Shown: one piece after another, positions 61,741 to 64,000 of the stretch
How the letters are laid out: the number at the start of each line of letters is the position of its first letter
Position numbering within the stretch: the first letter of the stretch is position 1
Translations under genes and position numbers: made by a program
Assembly (NCBI GenBank): GCA_013239625.1
Contig: MU054391.1
Span: 3,625,130-3,689,129, forward strand
DNA: 64,000 bases
Reading direction: 5' to 3'
Origin: Lama guanicoe
Lineage: Eukaryota
Notes under the pieces: generated by a model
The model's database searches: none
What the model was told of the DNA's origin: nothing
What the model saw: only the letters and a program-made list of their open reading frames with translations

Positions 61741-64000
61741 CATCACAGGAACGGAAGTGCTCCTGGACTGTGAATGAATCAAAGCCAAGCACATGATCCC
61801 GCGCCATCCGTTTCTGGGCAGGTCTTGTCTTACCGCATAGTCACACATCTTATATACCTGTCAGTGTAGGAAGAGCCCAGGGGAATGAAGACTGTTTTCT
61901 TACTGGATTTGAAAAAAATTCTCTGTCATGTCTGCAGTGAGGAAGGGATTTCACTTTCTTGAAATGATGTTTAAAACAAAACAAAAATGCCCTCCCGTTT
62001 CTCTGAAAGCACTCTGACTGCAAATTCAACCATTCTCACTTCCTTAACCACAAATAATTTCCTATACAAGAGCCACACAGGGGGAGCCTCTTCAGAGAAA
62101 TCAACACACTGTGACAGTAGCGTAGATTAGAAAATTACAGTTAGTTTATTCATTTGCAAGGGTCATGACTTAAATGTCTGTGTTTCTAGGCTGCCAGCAT
62201 AAACTTTCCAGAATGTTCAAAGTAAGTAACTCCAATAGCATAGTTAGATATCACATCTTAAAGAAACTGAACGTGATTTATCAGACTTAAAAAATATTTT
62301 GAACTGAGACAAATGACATATTTATATGCATAGATATATTATGTATGCATTACCTATAGTTCTTTTGAAAAATAGTATGATATAGTTAATACTAAGCTCT
62401 ATTGTAAGATTCCACGTGATAAACCTGATAACACCTTAAATTTAACTATCTCGGGGAAATGTCTTCTCGAGACATTCCCCTAAAATAATTTACAGATTTA
62501 TCTATCTTAGAACTGGAAGGAATTTTAGGTAATCACCTGATTCAGCCAACTCCTTAAGACAAAGAATTATTATCAATTTTTAGATCAAGTTACATGGGCT
62601 ATTAATGTTAAGTGACTCACCCAGGGTCAAATAACTACTAAGTTTTCTCTTTTCTCAGCTCTCAGTGCTGATTTCATGTGTAATGAGAAGCCTTTCAACA
62701 GCAAGACGCTAAGAAATCCCCTTCCGGGAACCAGTGCGCTTCCTTAGCAGGAGAAATGAAATCTGTCCAGTGAAAACATGTAACAAGCGTTGCACTCAGC
62801 TTCTTGGCTTCAGTTTTGATTGGTGAAGCCCAGCCCCGACACGGAGGACAAACAAGATGTAAACATCAAGAAACACACACTGCTGGACTGGCTGCGATTC
62901 ATGCAGCTCCTTTAGTGCAAAACACTCGCTCTGTCCAAACCCATGTTTTCAGAGGAAAGAAGAGAAATATAAATAATCAGAACAGAATTCAAGGACTGTG
63001 GGTGTGTCTGTGTTTAGAACACCCTGAGTTGGCCTCTTCTGTGTTTGACTTTAAAGTGCTAACCAAGAGGACCCTCTCAGGGACTGTTGGTCTCAAACAC
63101 GAGTCAGATGCCTTCTTGATAAGTGCCTCCTCCCCACGAGATGGGCCAGTGGGAGAGTCTTCCAGCAGCTGGGACACGCAGACGCAATCTTTGGGAGCAC
63201 TGGGCTCTAAGGTGCGGGACCGAGCTCACAAAGACAGAGTGAGGCAAAACTGACAGGAAGTCAACTGCGGGCACATCAAGGTGTCATCAGTGAGCCGGCG
63301 CAGGCATGGGAGAGGCTGGTCACTCTTCCACTGACTTGGAGGGTCTTCTTGGTTGCTTCTGTCTCCCTCACGCTTTCTAGAGGAGATAAACCCTGCAGGG
63401 GTTTTATGGGGATGTGCCTAAAAATATTTTCCAAGAAAACGTTTGTTGTACTTGGCAGAAAGCAGTCACCATCTCTCACTGGAAGGTGCCCAGTCTCAGT
63501 CTTAACGGGTCCATCGGTCAGAAGCAAGTACAATGTTTTAGGTAAAACTGGAAAGTCTAGTCTCCAATTTTCTGCCACACAACACGCTTATGCAATTGAA
63601 TCCCGGGAAAATTTCAGAACCTGTTGTGGGTGGATCAAACAGCATTCCGTCTAGTCAGATGTGGCGCCCGGCCTGGCGTAACTACAACGCACTACAATGA
63701 TTACGGATTATGCGTAAAACCATCTGGAGGACCTTCTCTCTTGAGGGGCTGGCGTCAACCACGTGGCAGCCAGGGTTCTCCATCCGCTGGTAGGACACCT
63801 CGACCCTGCAGACCAGCAGAGAGCACAGAGTTGGCCTGTTTGCAAACACAGCTCTTCATGCGAAGGTAATTTTCCTCCATCATAGAAACTGCTTGAAGCG
63901 AGGTCCCCATCTGGCTTACTTCCCTGCCCCTTTCGCAATTTGCTCTGCCCATGGGAGACATCTGGTACATTTAGTTAATAAATGATAAATTAAATATAAT

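Noticed and set aside
1..64000. CRISPR array, operon or prokaryotic-type defence/RT system
   Set aside because: The sequence is mammalian; no repeat-spacer array seen, and the only RT is a LINE-1 ORF2

Overview
Mammalian non-coding DNA, most likely camelid. This is inferred from a tRNA-derived SINE resembling the camelid vic-1 family, cetartiodactyl-type L1 3' UTRs, and no Alu, Bov-A/BovB or PRE-1 that I could see. I found no supportable host protein-coding exon, RNA gene or CRISPR array. The only long real ORF is a young, 5'-truncated LINE-1 ORF2 (52510-55461): RT with YADD, C-terminal CCHC, one nonsense codon, perfect TSD, nested in a HAL1 remnant. Also present: a near-full-length decayed Tigger1 (58647-61047, minus); a decayed hAT/Charlie7-like transposon (~21528-23872, minus) whose 5' end is now a CpG island with an NRF1 motif; an orphan CpG island at ~32.1-33.0 kb; a perfect 300-bp tandem duplication at 6771-7380; a TG-rich array with higher-order units; candidate enhancer and CTCF elements; and many old L1, L2, MIR, MaLR and MER fragments. 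Repeat family names come from my recollection of consensus sequences and need RepeatMasker/Dfam confirmation. Boundaries of old repeats are approximate. I see no convincing new multi-gene system; the best lead is the transposon-derived CpG island.
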